Below are positions 30,304 through 47,095 of a stretch of 64,000 nt of DNA, piece by piece. A model generated the notes under the pieces. That model did not search any database, was not told the origin of the DNA, and saw only the letters and a program-made list of their open reading frames with translations. The first letter of the stretch is position 1. Each line of letters starts with the position of its first letter. This DNA comes from the human T2T-CHM13v2.0 reference genome, Homo sapiens. The stretch lies in assembly GCF_009914755.1 (NCBI RefSeq), contig NC_060926.1. The stretch is one strand, 5' to 3'. The position numbers and the translations under genes are program-made.

Positions 30304-30574
30304 TATAGCCTAATGCCTACATCTTACTTTTCTGTTTCTGTTGTCCTTTTCATAGGCAGAGGTAGAGGTGCACTTTGGAAGGTTGTTTTTACTATCAAAG
30401 TTTCCCTTTAAAATTGCCCTTCAAGTTGAATAAAGGAGTAAGACTCGACTGTATGCTGTCTTCAAGAGATCCATCTCATAGGCTCAAAGTAAAGAGATTG
30501 AGAAAAATCTACCAAGCAAATGGAAAACAGAAAAAGTGCAGGTTGCTATTCAATTTCAGAAAAAAAGACTTTAC

Positions 30575-30864
<290 letters not shown>

Positions 30865-33800
30865 AAACCAGACTTTAAACCAACAATGACCAAAAAAGAC
30901 AAGGGCACTGCATAATGGTAAAGTGTTCCATTCAACAAGAAGACCTAACTATCTTAAGTATATATACACCCAACACAGCAGCACCTACATTCATAAAGCA
31001 AGTTAATAGAAACCCATGAAGAGACTTAGATAACCACACAATAATAGTGGGAGACTTCAACACCCCATTGACTGTATTAGATCATTGAGGCAGAAAACTA
31101 TCAAACATATTTGAGACCTGAACTCAACACTTGACTAAATGGACCTAATAGACATCAACAGAACTCTCTACTCAAAAACAACAGAATACATATTTTTCTC
31201 ATCTGCATATGGCACATACTCTAAAATCTACCACACAATCAGCCATTAAACAATTGTTAGCAAATTCAAAAAAACTGAAATAGTAACCACACTCTCGGAC
31301 CACAGTGCAACAAAAATGGAAATCAATACTAAGAAGATATTTCAAAATCATACAATTACATTGAAATTAAACAACCTGTTCTTGAATAACTTTTGTCCAA
31401 AGAAATTAATGCAGAAATCAGGAAATTATTTGAAACTGATGAGAACAAAGATACAACATACCAGAATCTCTAGGACACAGCTAAAGCAGTATTGAGAAAA
31501 GTTTATAGTGCTAAACATTCATATCAAAAAGTTAGAAATATCTCAAATTAACAACCTAACATTGTACCTACAGGATCTAGAAAAACAAGAGTAAACCAAC
31601 CCCCAACATAGCAGAAGACATGAAATAACTCAAATCAGAGCTAAACTGAATGAAATTAAGATGTGAAAAAACAAAAGATCAACAAATCCAGGAGTTTGTT
31701 TTTTGAAAGAATAAATAATATTGATAGACCAGTAGCTACACTAATAAAGAAAAAAGAAGATTCAAATAAACACAATCAGAAATGACAAAAGGGACATTAT
31801 CACTAACCATACAGGAATAAAAAACCCTCAGAGACTTTTATGAATGCCTCTATGCAAAAAAAAAAAAAAAAAAAAAAAACCTGGAAAAACTGGAAGAAAT
31901 TGATAAATTCCTAGACACATACAACCTTACAAGATTAAGCCAAGAAGAAATTGAAACCCTGAACAGACCAATAAAAAGTTCTGAAATTGAATTAGTAATA
32001 AAAAGCCTACCAACCAGAAAAAGCCCAGGACCAGACAGATTCACAGCTGAATTTTACCAGATGTGTAAAAAGGAGCTAGTATGATGCCTGCTTAAACCAT
32101 TCCCATAATTGAGGAGGAGGGACTCCTCCTTAACTCATTCTGTGAGCCCAGCGTTATCCTGATACCAAAATCTGGCAGAGATACGGGAAAAAAAAAAAAA
32201 AAAAAGAAAATTTGAGGCCAATATTCTTGTTGAACATAGATGCGAAAAATCATAAAAAAAAAAAAATCCAACAAACCAAATCTAGCAGCACATCAAACAG
32301 CTAATCCATCATGACCAAGTAGGCTTTATTCTTGGGATGCAAGCTTGGTTCAATATACACAAATCAATAAATGTGATTCATCACATAAACAGAACTAAAA
32401 AACCACATTATCATCACAATAGATGCAGAAAAATCTTGTGATAAAACACAACATTCCTTTAGGTTAAAAACCTTCAACAAACCAGGCATTAAAGGAACAT
32501 ACCTCAAAATAATAAGAGCCATCTATGACAAACCCACAGCCAATATCATACTGAATGAGAAAAAGCTGCAAATATTCCCCTTAAGAACCAGAACAAGACA
32601 AGGATGCCTTCTCTCACCACTTCTATTCAACATACTGGAAGTGCTAGCCAGAGCAATCAGGCAAGGGAAAGAAATAAAAGACATACAAATAGGGAGAAAG
32701 AAAGTCAAATTATCTCTGTCTGCAGATGATATAATTCTATACCTAAAAAATCCCGGTTTCTGCCCAAAAGCTCCTAGATCTGATAACTTCAGAAAAATTT
32801 CAGTATACAAAAATCAATGCACAAAAATCAGTTGCATTTCTCTACACCAATAAAATCCAAGCTGAGAGCCAAATCAAGAATGCCATCCCATTCATAGTAG
32901 CCACAAAATGAATAAAATACCTAGGGATACAGCTAACTAGGGAGGTGAAAGATCTCCACAATAAGAATTACAAAACACTTCTGAAAGAAATCATAGATTA
33001 TACCAACAAATGAAAAAACATTTCATACTCATGGATAGGAAGAATCAAGATTGTTAAATGGGCATACTGATGAAAACAGTTTACAGATTCAATACTATTC
33101 CTATCAAACTATCAATGACATTCCTCACAAAATTGGAAAAATACTATACTAAAATTAATATGGAACCAAAAAGAATAAAAATAGCCAAAGAAATCCTAAG
33201 ATCAAAGCTGGAGACATTATATTACTTGACTTCAAACTATACTACAAAGTATACTACAAAGCTACCATAACCAAAACAGTATGCTACTGGTACAAAAACA
33301 GACACACAGACCAATGGAACAGAAAAGAGCCCAGAAATAAAGCTACACACCTACAACCATGTGATATTTGACAAGGTCAACAAAAACAAGCAATGGAAAA
33401 AGGACTCCATATTTAATAAATGGTGCTGGGATAATTGGATGGCCATATACAGAAGATTGAAACTGGACCCCTTCTTACACTGTGTACAGAAATCAACTCA
33501 ACATGTATTAAAGAATTAAAAGTAAAACTTACAAGTAGGCAAACTCTAGGATATAGCTTAGAAAATACCATTCTGGAAAAGGCCCTGGCAAAGATGCCAT
33601 GATGAAGACTCCAAAAGCAATTGTAACAAAAACAAGAATTGACAAATGGGATCTACTTAAGCTAAAGAGCTTTTGTACACAAAAGAAACTATCAAAAGAT
33701 TAAATAGACAACCTACAGAATGGGAGAAAATATTTGCAAACTATTCATCCAACAATATCCAGAATCTATATGGAGCTTAAACAAATTAATAAGCAAAAAT

Positions 33801-34438
33801 CAACCCCATTAACAAGTGGGCAAAGGACATGAACAGATAGTTTTCAAAAAAGACATACACATGGCCAACAAGCATATGAAAAAATTCTCAACATCACTAA
33901 TCATTAGATAATTGTGAATCAAAATCACAGTGAGATACCATCTTACACCAATCAGAATGGCAACCAAAAAATAACAAAGTGAGGTTGTGGAGAAAAGGGA
34001 ATGCTTAAAACTACTGGTGGGAATGTAAATTAGTGAAGCCCTTGTGGAAAGCAGTTTGGTATTTTCTCAAATAACTTAATACAGAACTACTCTTTGACCA
34101 AGTGATTGTATTATTGGGTATATACCCAAAGAAATATAAATCATTCTACCCTGAAGAAACAGGCATGCGTGTGTTCACTGCAGCACTATCACAATAGCAA
34201 AAACATATTATCAACCTGAATGCCCATCAATGGTAGACTGAATAAAGAAAATGTGGTACATCTACACCTTGGAACACTACACAGACACAAAGAACTAGGT
34301 CATGTCTTTGGAAGCAATGTGAATGCAGCTGGAGGTTACTACCCTAAGCAAGCTAACAAAGGAAGAAAAAACAAAATACTGCATGTCCTCAACTCCACTA
34401 AGTGGGAGCTAAATATTGAGTACACATGGACAGAAAGA

Positions 34439-34719
34439 ATGTTTATATGGATATATACACACAAATATATTTATATATAAGTAAAGAGGAAATACAACTA
34501 GTGTAGTTTTAATTTGTAAATAGTCTCATGGTCGTAGCTGATATTTATTACTTGCTTCTTTTAATACCTATTCCATATTCCCTTCATCCTCAGCAAGCAA
34601 TTTAGCTGATCATGGTTTCTTGACTTGTAGAGTGTCCCAAAACTGAATTCCTGGTGTCTATGCTGTTAGTAGTACTGATAATTTTGAGTTCTTATAGTGT
34701 TCCATTAACTTTTTTACTG
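34439..34719 (+). repeat. ~280-bp direct copy of 39109-39387 embedded in the L1 3'UTR
   Basis: Manual alignment gives ~15 substitutions and 2 small indels. Confidence 0.95.
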
Positions 34720-36379
34720 GGCCCTACTTGAGGGTGCAGGGTGGGAGGAAGGTAAGGACTGGAAAACCCTATTGGGAACTATGCTTTTTAGCTGAGCAAT
34801 GAAATAATCTGTACACGCAACTCCCATGACACACAATTTATCCATTTAACATAGTTGCGGATGTACCTCTGAACCTAAAATAAAAGTTAACACAAATAAA
34901 ATAATAAAATTGCCTTTCAGTTGAAGCTGACATATCTTTGGCATGAATACTCAACTCAGCAGCAAACAATTCACAGCTCAGGCAACTGGGAATTGTGATC
35001 ATCAGATGCTAGTAGGTACTTAAACAACAGCCTGAGATGAGAGCTGCAGACAATGTGGCCACGCTGGGCCATGTCCAAGTCTAGGATGCTGATCATGGGT
35101 GATTTATGGGAGAAACAGAGAGATGCTTTAGTGCCTGCCCTTTCCCTTCCATTTCTGGGATTCTTGTGTTCTGGCTGCTCTTCATTTCTTGTCTTTGGAT
35201 GCCCTTGGAATTTGCATGTTTTCCTTTATGTTAAGCCCATTTTCATTAAGCTAGACTTAGAGGATTTCTGATTCTTATAATCAAATATACCCTTTCTAAA
35301 GCATAGGTTTTTATGTTTTTCCCTGAATATTTTTCTTGTGATATCTATTTCTTTTTAACCTCTAGCTCATACTTAATCACCTTGGATGGCATTGTTTTTA
35401 ATTAATTTATACCACAACTCTAACTCTGATTATTTTCTTTACAATTAAGTATTTATCTTTTGGAGTTTTATACCATATTTGGTAACAATTTCTAAAGTCT
35501 ACAATATTCCTTTAAACATTTTTTCCTCATATATACTATAAAACAACAAGCTTGAAGGCATTTTCTGATTTTGAAGCTTGTAAGTGATACAGGTTATAAT
35601 TTCAATACTTCTAATCAGTAACATTTTAAAGTGTTGCTGATACTGTATTATATGAACGAATGTCTCTGTGCTGACAATACAACTGTCATATCTGTATGCT
35701 TAACATCAGATAGATAGTGTGCTTTTCCCTCTTTTTATTGGATTTAGAGTAAGTTGAGAGCACTGTTTTCTACCTACCCATTTTATTTTCCAGATTAAAG
35801 GTATATAGGATTAAGTCTGATATTTTACCTGTACAACATGGAACAATGCCCTATTCCCCAAGACTGAACTCAAGTTGGGTATTCAGATTATAACATAGAA
35901 GTAAACCAAGGTTAAAGCAGCATGGATCATTGTTGGTAAAGCATGAGCTCAATTATTTTTATTTGTTAAACGTTTACAATAAGAAGTGGTTTACATTGAA
36001 AGGTCAGCATTCTATGTAAATGGGACATGAACAATAACTTTCCTCTTCCCCCAAAAACTACATTTGAGCCATGTGCATTTATCCCTCTCTTTAGAACTAG
36101 GTCAGCAATTCCACGCCAAGAACAGTAGGACTCAGGAGAGTGGCAAGCCCTTTTCAACTTGGGTTGAATTTAAATTAAACCTAGAGTTTGCAGAGACTGT
36201 CTTTTTGAAAGAAAACAGGACCAAGAAAATAACTAAAATAATCATTTTTTAAAGTAGAGGTTCATAAAATATTTGCATTCATGAAAAATTTGTAAAATAT
36301 AGAAAAAAAATTTTGCTGAGAAATACATATTTAAACAGCCAGTGCTTAAAGTTGGATATTTTTGGAGGTCTATGAATGT

Positions 36380-36665
36380 AAGAAAGTGGCATAGATTAGT
36401 GGTTGTGCACTTGGAATGTCAGAAAGCCGTGGGCTTAGGTTTTCTTTCTTACTGTGTGATCTTGGGTAAATCACTAAATTCCAACTTTCTTATCTGTGAA
36501 ATGGAGATAACAGTAATGCTTTCCTTCTAGAACTATGAGGATTAAATGAGATCAATATAGCTGTTAGCTGTATTTTCTAACACATAGTTAAAACAGTAAG
36601 TCTAACACATATCTAGCACATAGTAAGTTCTTATTAATGTCAGCTTTTACTATTATTACTATTAA
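36380..36665 (+). mobile_element. MIR
   Basis: 'ctgtgtgatcttgggtaaatcactaa...tttcttatctgtgaaatggagataacagtaa...gaggattaaatgaga'. Confidence 0.8.
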
Positions 36666-37236
36666 GAAGTAGTGTGTAATAATGTTATTGATCTTATGGA
36701 GGTTCTGAGGACCAAAAGTTAAATAAGCTAAGTTTTATTATTTCCCCATAAGCTTGCCAGTAGACTATGAGCTTCTAGAGTGAATATTAAAGGTTAGATT
36801 ACATTTTAATGTTTTCCTTAATTATGCTTTCTTCTTCCTTTTTTAGAAGTTTGATGACTATAATTAAATCAATGTAGTCATGGATTTAGATTATAATTTT
36901 CCAGTTAATGTAATGAGATACTGTGCTATTTATAACATTTTTCTCTGTATCCTCCAAATTCCTCTTACAGGCCACTTTTTGTTCCATGCACCTCTCCCTC
37001 CATCTTTGTGAGTCAGGAAATGGTGGTTGCAGAGGCAGAGAGCATCTGTTGGCTTCACACTTCTAATCTTAATTTAGGTTCAGCCAGGATGCACCTCTAT
37101 ATGAGTAAGACGTGTTCCTTTTCAAAATTTGATTTTATGTCAACGATTTATTAGCTATTAAAAAAACTTGACTAGGGATATTAGTGTGTGTTAGAGAGTG
37201 AAGAAGAAAGGAAGAGAGAAACTGTACTCCTTTCTC

Positions 37237-37238
<2 letters not shown>

Positions 37239-37302
<64 letters not shown>
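37239..37302. repeat. Pure T64 homopolymer
   Basis: Counted directly. Confidence 0.97.
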
Positions 37303-37304
<2 letters not shown>

Positions 37305-39401
37305 CATTTCTCCTCCTGCTGTTATCGTCTTCTTTACTGGTCAAGGAAGTGTGGGGTCTGTTATTTGTAAGGTACCCTCTGTCCTTATGCTCTTGATTCT
37401 AGTCTTGTCCTATAATTTCTGGCTATTGAAACATTGGTTACTTTTCCACTTTGTTAGTTTGAGTTCATTAACATCATTCTGTTTTCTATAAACATATTGA
37501 TATCCTCCCTATCTCAGAAAAACCTTTGAAGGATTTTATTACTCTCTCAGGTTGTTGTACCATTCTTCTCCTCCATCCACTGGTTCACTTCTTAACAGGC
37601 TGCCTTTTGCTCTGTTTCCTCACCATCTAGTCCTTATTTTTACTTCTGTTCTTTTTTTCCCCCCACAAGGATGTTGAAACTGTTATTTTAAAAGTAATTT
37701 TGATTAAAAGCGATTTTGCCTCTTACTAACCTTTTCAGTTGTATTCCCCTCTGTAGATGAGCACGATGTAACTTCAGTCTTAACAGTTTGTCCTATACCC
37801 TGTGTATGAAAGAAAGGGCTCCCCCTTAAGTGGGATTATTGGAAGGATGATAGAGGGAGCATCTAGACTTTGATAAGATATAATTTTTTTTACTCCTGGT
37901 AATTTTAAAAATAATGAGTATGTGGTTATTATTTTTTCTTTAAAATAAGAAATTAACATTGAGAAATGAAAAATAAATGGTTGACATTACCATTGCTCAC
38001 TTGTCAGTTCTTCAGTCTTCCCCAGCCCCCTTGCAGGTAAATGCACTGTGGACTATTCTGGCCCATGGACTGTCTCTATGTGGCTGGGGACCTGAGAAGC
38101 TCCTGTATCAGTCAGGACTAAATCAAGGAAGCAGAACTACTCAGAGTACTGTAGAGTAGGGATTTATTATAATGGTAACTTCTTGCACAATTGTAGGAGA
38201 AGCTGGAGAACAGTCACTTCTCAGCTCCTCTGATGCATTGGCGTGGGTGAACAAGTTAGAGCTTGCCAGGAAATCAGTGAAGCAACACATATGCAGCTGC
38301 TAGAAGAGGAGTGTAAAGGAGAGCTGGTGGCTTTGGAAGGTTGCTGTTTATATGTCTGCTGAAGGATAGGGGATCCTATTCATCAGTGGCATTTGGAAAT
38401 AGAGCTGGATGCAGAGTGGAGAGTGATAACAAGCTGAATCCACTGGTATGTTTGTGTCTGTCTCTCAACAGCAAGAAGATTAAAGAAAAGTGAAAATCTT
38501 CTGGAAGATCTTTATATTTCTTATTTCCTTTAACTAGGATGAACTTCAAAGAGTAATGGCTGCTGCTTCATTTCTGCTTTCCAAATCACATTGGATTATC
38601 TTTTGACCACCTCTGAGAACCATATGGGGAAAGAGGATTCTGGGCAATATTGTTCCAGGTCAAACAAGCTGATAAACTACAAGCTGATAAACTACAAAAC
38701 AACCGCACTCCAGCTCATGTCAGCTTGGTGTCATTCACATCTCTTTTATCCATATTTGCATCTAATAGGTAAGTCATGATTCTACCTAACATGATGCACC
38801 TATCTCTCATGCAACTGAAAACCTGCTAACTCCCTCCTCCAATTCACTCACTTCCCACCAAAAGAGGATACAAAGTCCCATAGTCATTTCATTCATCTGT
38901 GGGTGGTGTTTATTCTCTTCCTAGATTGGTCACATTCTTGCTTTCATATCTTCTAATAACTTAAACATTGACATATTAGGTTAATCACTATTAACACATA
39001 TTATGTTAGATTGTAAAAAAGAATGGTCAATATGTATATATATACACAAATCTCTGTATCTTGTATTAACTAATCTATTTCTTTGTTATTTTTTCCTCTC
39101 TTGGATATATGTTTATATGGATATATACACACAAATATATTTATGTATAAGTAAAGAGGAAATACAACTACTGTAGTTTTAATTTTTGTAAATGGTCTCA
39201 TGGTTGTAGCTGATATTACTTGGTTCTTTTAATACCTATTCCATATTCCCTTTGTCCTCAGCAAGCAACTTAGCTGATCATGGTTTCTTGACTTGTAGAG
39301 TGTCCCAAAACTGAATTCCTGGTATCTATGCCATTAATAGTACTGACAATTTCAAGTTCTTATAGTGTTCCATTAACTTTTTTACTGTAAGAATATATGA
39401 G

Positions 39402-41110
39402 TGATATGGTTTGGCTGTGTCCCCACCCAAATCTCATCTTGAATTGTAATTCCCATAATCCCCACATGTTGTGGGAGGGACCTGGTAGGAGGTAATTGAA
39501 CCATGGGGGCAGTTACCCTCATGCTGTTCTTCTGATAGTGAGTTCTCATAAAATCTGATAGTTTTATAAGGGGCCTTTCCCCCTTTGCTCAGCAGTTCTC
39601 TCTCTTGCTGCCATGTGAAGAAGAAAGTGCTTGCTTCCCCTTCTGCTGAGATTATAAGTTTCCTGAGGCCTCCCCAGCCACGCTGAACTGTGAGTCAATT
39701 AAACTTCTTTCCTTTATAAATTACTCAGTCTCGAGTATGTCTTTATTAAAAGTGTGAGAACTAACTAATACAGTAAATTGGTACTGCAGAGAGTGGGACA
39801 TTGCTGTAAAGATACCTGAAAATGTGGAAGCGAATTTGGAACTGGGTAATAGGCAGAGGTGGGAATAGTTTGCAGGGCTCAGAAGAAAACAGGAAAATGT
39901 GGGAAAATTTGGAACTTCCTAGAAACTTGGAGGGCTCAGAAGACAGGAACATGTGGGAAAGTTTGAAACTTCCTAAAGGCATGTTGAATGGCTTTGACCA
40001 TAATGCTGATAGTTATATGGTCAATGAAGTTCAGGCTGATATGGTCTCAGGTGGAGATGAGAAACTTGTTGAGAACTGGAATAAAGGTGGCTCTTGCTAT
40101 GTTTTGGCAAAGAGAGACTGGTGACATTTTGCCCCTGCCGTAGAGATCTGTGGAAATTTGAACTTAAAAGAGATCATTTAGGGTATCTGGCAAAAGAAAT
40201 TTCTAAGCAGCAAAAAGTTCAACAGGAAGCAGAGCAAAAAAAAAAAAATAAATAAAAAATGTGGAAAATTTGCAGCCCAATGATGCAATAGAAAACAAAA
40301 ATCCATTTTTCTGGGGAAAAAAATGAAGCTCAATGCAGAAATTTAGATAAGTAATGAGGAGTCAAATGTTAATCACCAAGACAACAGGGGAAATTGTCTC
40401 CAGGTCACATCAGAAACCTTCATAGTAGCTTCTCTCAACACAGGCCTGGAGGCCTAGGAGGGAAATATAGTTTTGTTGTCCAAGCTCAGAGCCCCCCTGC
40501 TCTATGCAGCCTCAGGACACGGTGCTATGTGTCCCAGCTGCTTCAACTCCAGCACTGGCTAAAAGGGGCCAACATACATTACAGGCCATTGCTTCAGAGA
40601 GTACAAATCCTGAGCCTTGGTAGCTTACATGTGGTTTTGGACATGTGGGTGCACAGAAATCAAGAATTGACATTTGGGAAACTCCACTTAGATTTCAGAG
40701 GATGTATGGAAATACTTGGATGTCCAGGCAGAAGTTTGCTGCAGAAGCAGAGCCCTCATTGAGAACCTCTCCTAGGGAAGTATGGAAGGGAAATGTGGGG
40801 TTGGAGTCCCCACATACAGTCCCCACTGAAGCACTGCTTAGTGGAGCTGTGAGAAGAGGGCCACTCTCCTCCAGGTCCTAGAATGGTAGATCTACTGACA
40901 GCTTGAACTGTGTGCCTGGAAAAGCCACAGGCAGTCAATGTCAGCCTCTGAAAGCAGTTGGGAGTGAGGCTGTACCCTGCAAAGCCACAGTGGCAGAGCT
41001 GCCCAAGGCTGTGGGAGCCTACCTTTCACATCAGTGTGCCTTGGATGTGAGACAAGGAGTCAAAGGAGATCATTTTGGAACTTTAAGATTTAATGACTGC
41101 CCTATTGGAG
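39402..41110 (+). mobile_element. THE1C/D LTR (39402-39772) plus THE1 internal region, 3' LTR missing
   Basis: 'tgatatggtttggctgtgtccccacccaaatctcatc...ctaataca' followed by 'gtaaattggtac' and typical THE1-int sequence. Confidence 0.92.
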
Positions 41111-41114
41111 GCAT

Positions 41115-43900
<2,786 letters not shown>

Positions 43901-45767
43901 TAATGCATGCCAGAAGCAGGCAAAGAAATATGGGTTGATTTTAGGGACATGTTGATGAGATAGATGCTTTTCAAAACTTCATTAATGACTTTACCTCCAT
44001 AAGCCTGTCTATATTATGGCTGACTAGTGGTCTATAGTGGTATTTGGGTCTGTTGCCCTGGAACTACTCTTGGTACCAATAATTGTAGTAGTTAGCCTCC
44101 ATCAGGAAAGCAGAACCACTATCAGCATTATGGAACAAAGGGTTTATTGTTAGTTAAGAATTTGCACAACTGTAGGAAATGTTAGAGAAATAAGAGTGTA
44201 AAAGGAATATTTAAGAAACAATGAAAAGTCACTAACCAGAACTTCTGAGCCACTGGCACAGGTGAATAAACTGGGGGTTGTCAGGGAATACATTTGCCTG
44301 CCAGTGTGAGACAGTGAAGGAAAACTGCTGGAGAAATCTAAAGATAGCTGTTGCCTCTGTGTCTGGGGGTGGGTTTGATCTTATTGTTGATTAGAAAGGC
44401 TGGCAGTAAGGAAAAAGAGCTGGACAGGGAGTGAGGTTGAGCAAGAATAAGCTAAAATCTACTACACCTCTGTGTTTATCTCTTAGTGTGCAGAGAGCAA
44501 AAAACAAGGTAGAATCTGATGATAGCTCTGCATCTGTCTCTCGCTATCTCTAGCCAGGATAACTTTCAGAATATAATCACTGCTATCTCACTTTTGCTTT
44601 CCAAATCTTGTAAGAATTTCTTTTTTGGCCACCTCTAATAGGAGAAACTTAAGGGAAAGGGATTTTGGGAAACATTTTCAGATTGGTCAAGTTAACACAG
44701 AATAAAACCTCCACACCCCTTGTGTAATCTTCCAGTTTCTTTTTATTCTTCCAGGGGTGAGCACATAGACGACATGTTGAAACAATGGTGTCATAAGATC
44801 AAAGTTTCTTCAATTGCTGAGTGACTGCACAGAGGACACTTTCCTTGTAGAGTTATTCAAACTACAAAGACTTTGTGAGGGGAAGATAAACTTTTGTTTT
44901 TTAATCCATTTAGGTTTTGGGGGTTGTTACAGTCTCTTTGCCTATTATGATGAACACACCCTTCTTTCTCCCTTAAAGCAAGGGAAGTCCTTGATTAAGC
45001 AAGACGGTTTTGATTTGAAGGTTGAAGGGTAACTTTGGCAATGATAAAAGCTCATGATTTTGAATGTAGTTATTTGTGGTGGAGTGTTTTGGGGAGTGGA
45101 TTTTTTTTACTGTTTATCACAAGTAGAGGTGGCACATAAAAAACAGAATAAAAAGTCTGAGGGGTCACCTCTATTAATGTTTTTGACTCCAGAGAGGAAT
45201 GTGTTGTGTTCTGTAACAACCATGCCTCAGACTCAGCTGAGAACCTCCACCATCATCCACATGTTTGATGGCCTCTTACTCTGTACCTAGCTGAGTGAAC
45301 TCTGCACTGTCTCAATGCCATCTTGGCCACATTTCTTCTGTTTCTGATTGCTTCTCCTTCATTTGCTCCAATGATTTCTGCCTTCTTGCTCTAAATCTCT
45401 ACTCCATGAGTTCTTAATTGTGTTATACATTCTCATCCTATGTAAAAGACTCTCATGTATGATTTTTATTTCATTCATTATCTCCTTAAATTCTACTGTC
45501 ACATCTATAAGTTCTGGATAATTGTGCACTGTCATTTTTGATATTCCACTGCAACAATATATTCAATATCTTTGAGGCCAAACTCATTTGCTTTTTGATA
45601 AATCTGTTTCTTTCTCATTTTTATTTTCCTGTTTATCAGTGGTTTTTCTATCTGTATAGTCAACCAAACTAGAAACCTTTCTTCTCCCCTTATAACCAAC
45701 CATATTCTACAAGTTTTTCTTATTTATCTCTAGCTCTTCAAATCCCTCTGATCCAGAGGCCATTTAT

Positions 45768-46447
45768 AAGACAGGGTAATATCTAGTAGCCAAAGAAGTT
45801 TATGAAATTACAGTTATAATAAAGTTGTGATATACTTTAAGATAATGGAAGATTAATTCCAAACTCAATAAAGACCTACTAATGATAAAGTCCTATGGCC
45901 TTTTGGCATATTTTATGTTTTAGTGACTTACGCATCCAATTTAAACTTATTCTTAAAAGCTAAATTTTACTATTTTATAATACTATGTGTTTGCCATTTT
46001 GCCTGCAAACATATGTAATATTTTAAATATCCCCTTTAATAGCTATATGTTCAAGCAAACAAATCAGGCTTTAAGAATACTTGTAATAAAGAAATGCTAA
46101 TGAATGAGCATACATCTCTTATTTAAACAAAAGAAAACATTTAAAGTTAGTTTAGACAAGTTTAAAAATCATTGATAACAAAGGAATCTCGATCTTGTTG
46201 GACAAACTTAGACAACTTATTAAGTGTGAAAACAAAAGACAATTTTTATGTAACTTTTTTTTATTTCTGGAAAATATGGGATGAATTGTAACTTGATTTT
46301 GAAAGAGTAATGCTGTTAGAATTTTCAAGACAGGGTAGTATTTAGTAGCCAAAGAAGGTTATGGAATTACAGTTATAAGAAAGTTGTAATACACGTTAAG
46401 ATAACGGAAGATTTATTCACAACTCCATAAAGACCTACTAATGATAA
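45768..46447 (+). repeat. 121-bp direct repeat pair (45768-45888 and 46327-46447)
   Basis: Ungapped manual alignment with ~13 mismatches. Confidence 0.93.
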
Positions 46448-46794
46448 TGCCAGCAGTATTTCATTGAGTTCTACTCCTTTATGAATTCAGTCTTAATGGT
46501 ACATAAAATGTGCTCCAGGTAATTGCTTAACACTGTGAAGTTGACTTGAGAGGTGCTTATTACAAGGATTTCTCCTCTGTTTCTTGCAAGTCTTGTTAGC
46601 TTATCAGCCCCACTAATGCCTGCTTCCTTAAGCCTGATGCACAGTTTGGCTTCTGACCTTTGGCATTGTGTTACGTCTGGTTTCTTATCTTTCTCAAGAG
46701 CAGAATCTACAAGGACCAGATTCTTAAAGGGACCACTGTTCAGAGTTTGACATCTGTACCTATCAATAGGTTTCTTGCATTCATTTCTTTACAA

Positions 46795-46817
46795 TCTTTC
46801 TTTCTTTTCTTTTCTTT

Positions 46818-46864
<47 letters not shown>

Positions 46865-46940
46865 CTCTCTTTCTTTCTTTCTTTCTGTCTTTATTTCTCT
46901 TTCTCTTTCTCTTTCTCTTTCTTGTTTTTTTCTTCCTTTC
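46795..46940. repeat. (TTTC)n/(TC)n polypyrimidine tract, continued at 55018-55098
   Basis: Seen directly. Confidence 0.95.
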
Positions 46941-47095
46941 AATGGTTAATACTGAGTATCAATTTGATTGGATTGAAGGATACAAAGTATTGATCTTGGG
47001 TGTGTCTGTGAGGGTGTGGCCAAAATGGATTAACATTTGAGTCAGTGGGCTGGGAAAGGCAGACCCACTCTTAATCTGGGTGGGAACAATCAAAT
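46941..47095 (+). mobile_element. MLT2A1 (HERV-L LTR), 5' part
   Basis: 'atggttaatactgagtatcaatttgattggattgaagg...cagacccactcttaatctgggtggg'; resumes at 54743. Confidence 0.9.

Noticed and set aside
37135-37491. Poly-K and poly-F ORFs
   Set aside because: Translation of the T64 homopolymer
46553-47040. F/L/S-rich membrane-protein-like ORFs
   Set aside because: Translation of the (TTTC)n tract running into MLT2A1
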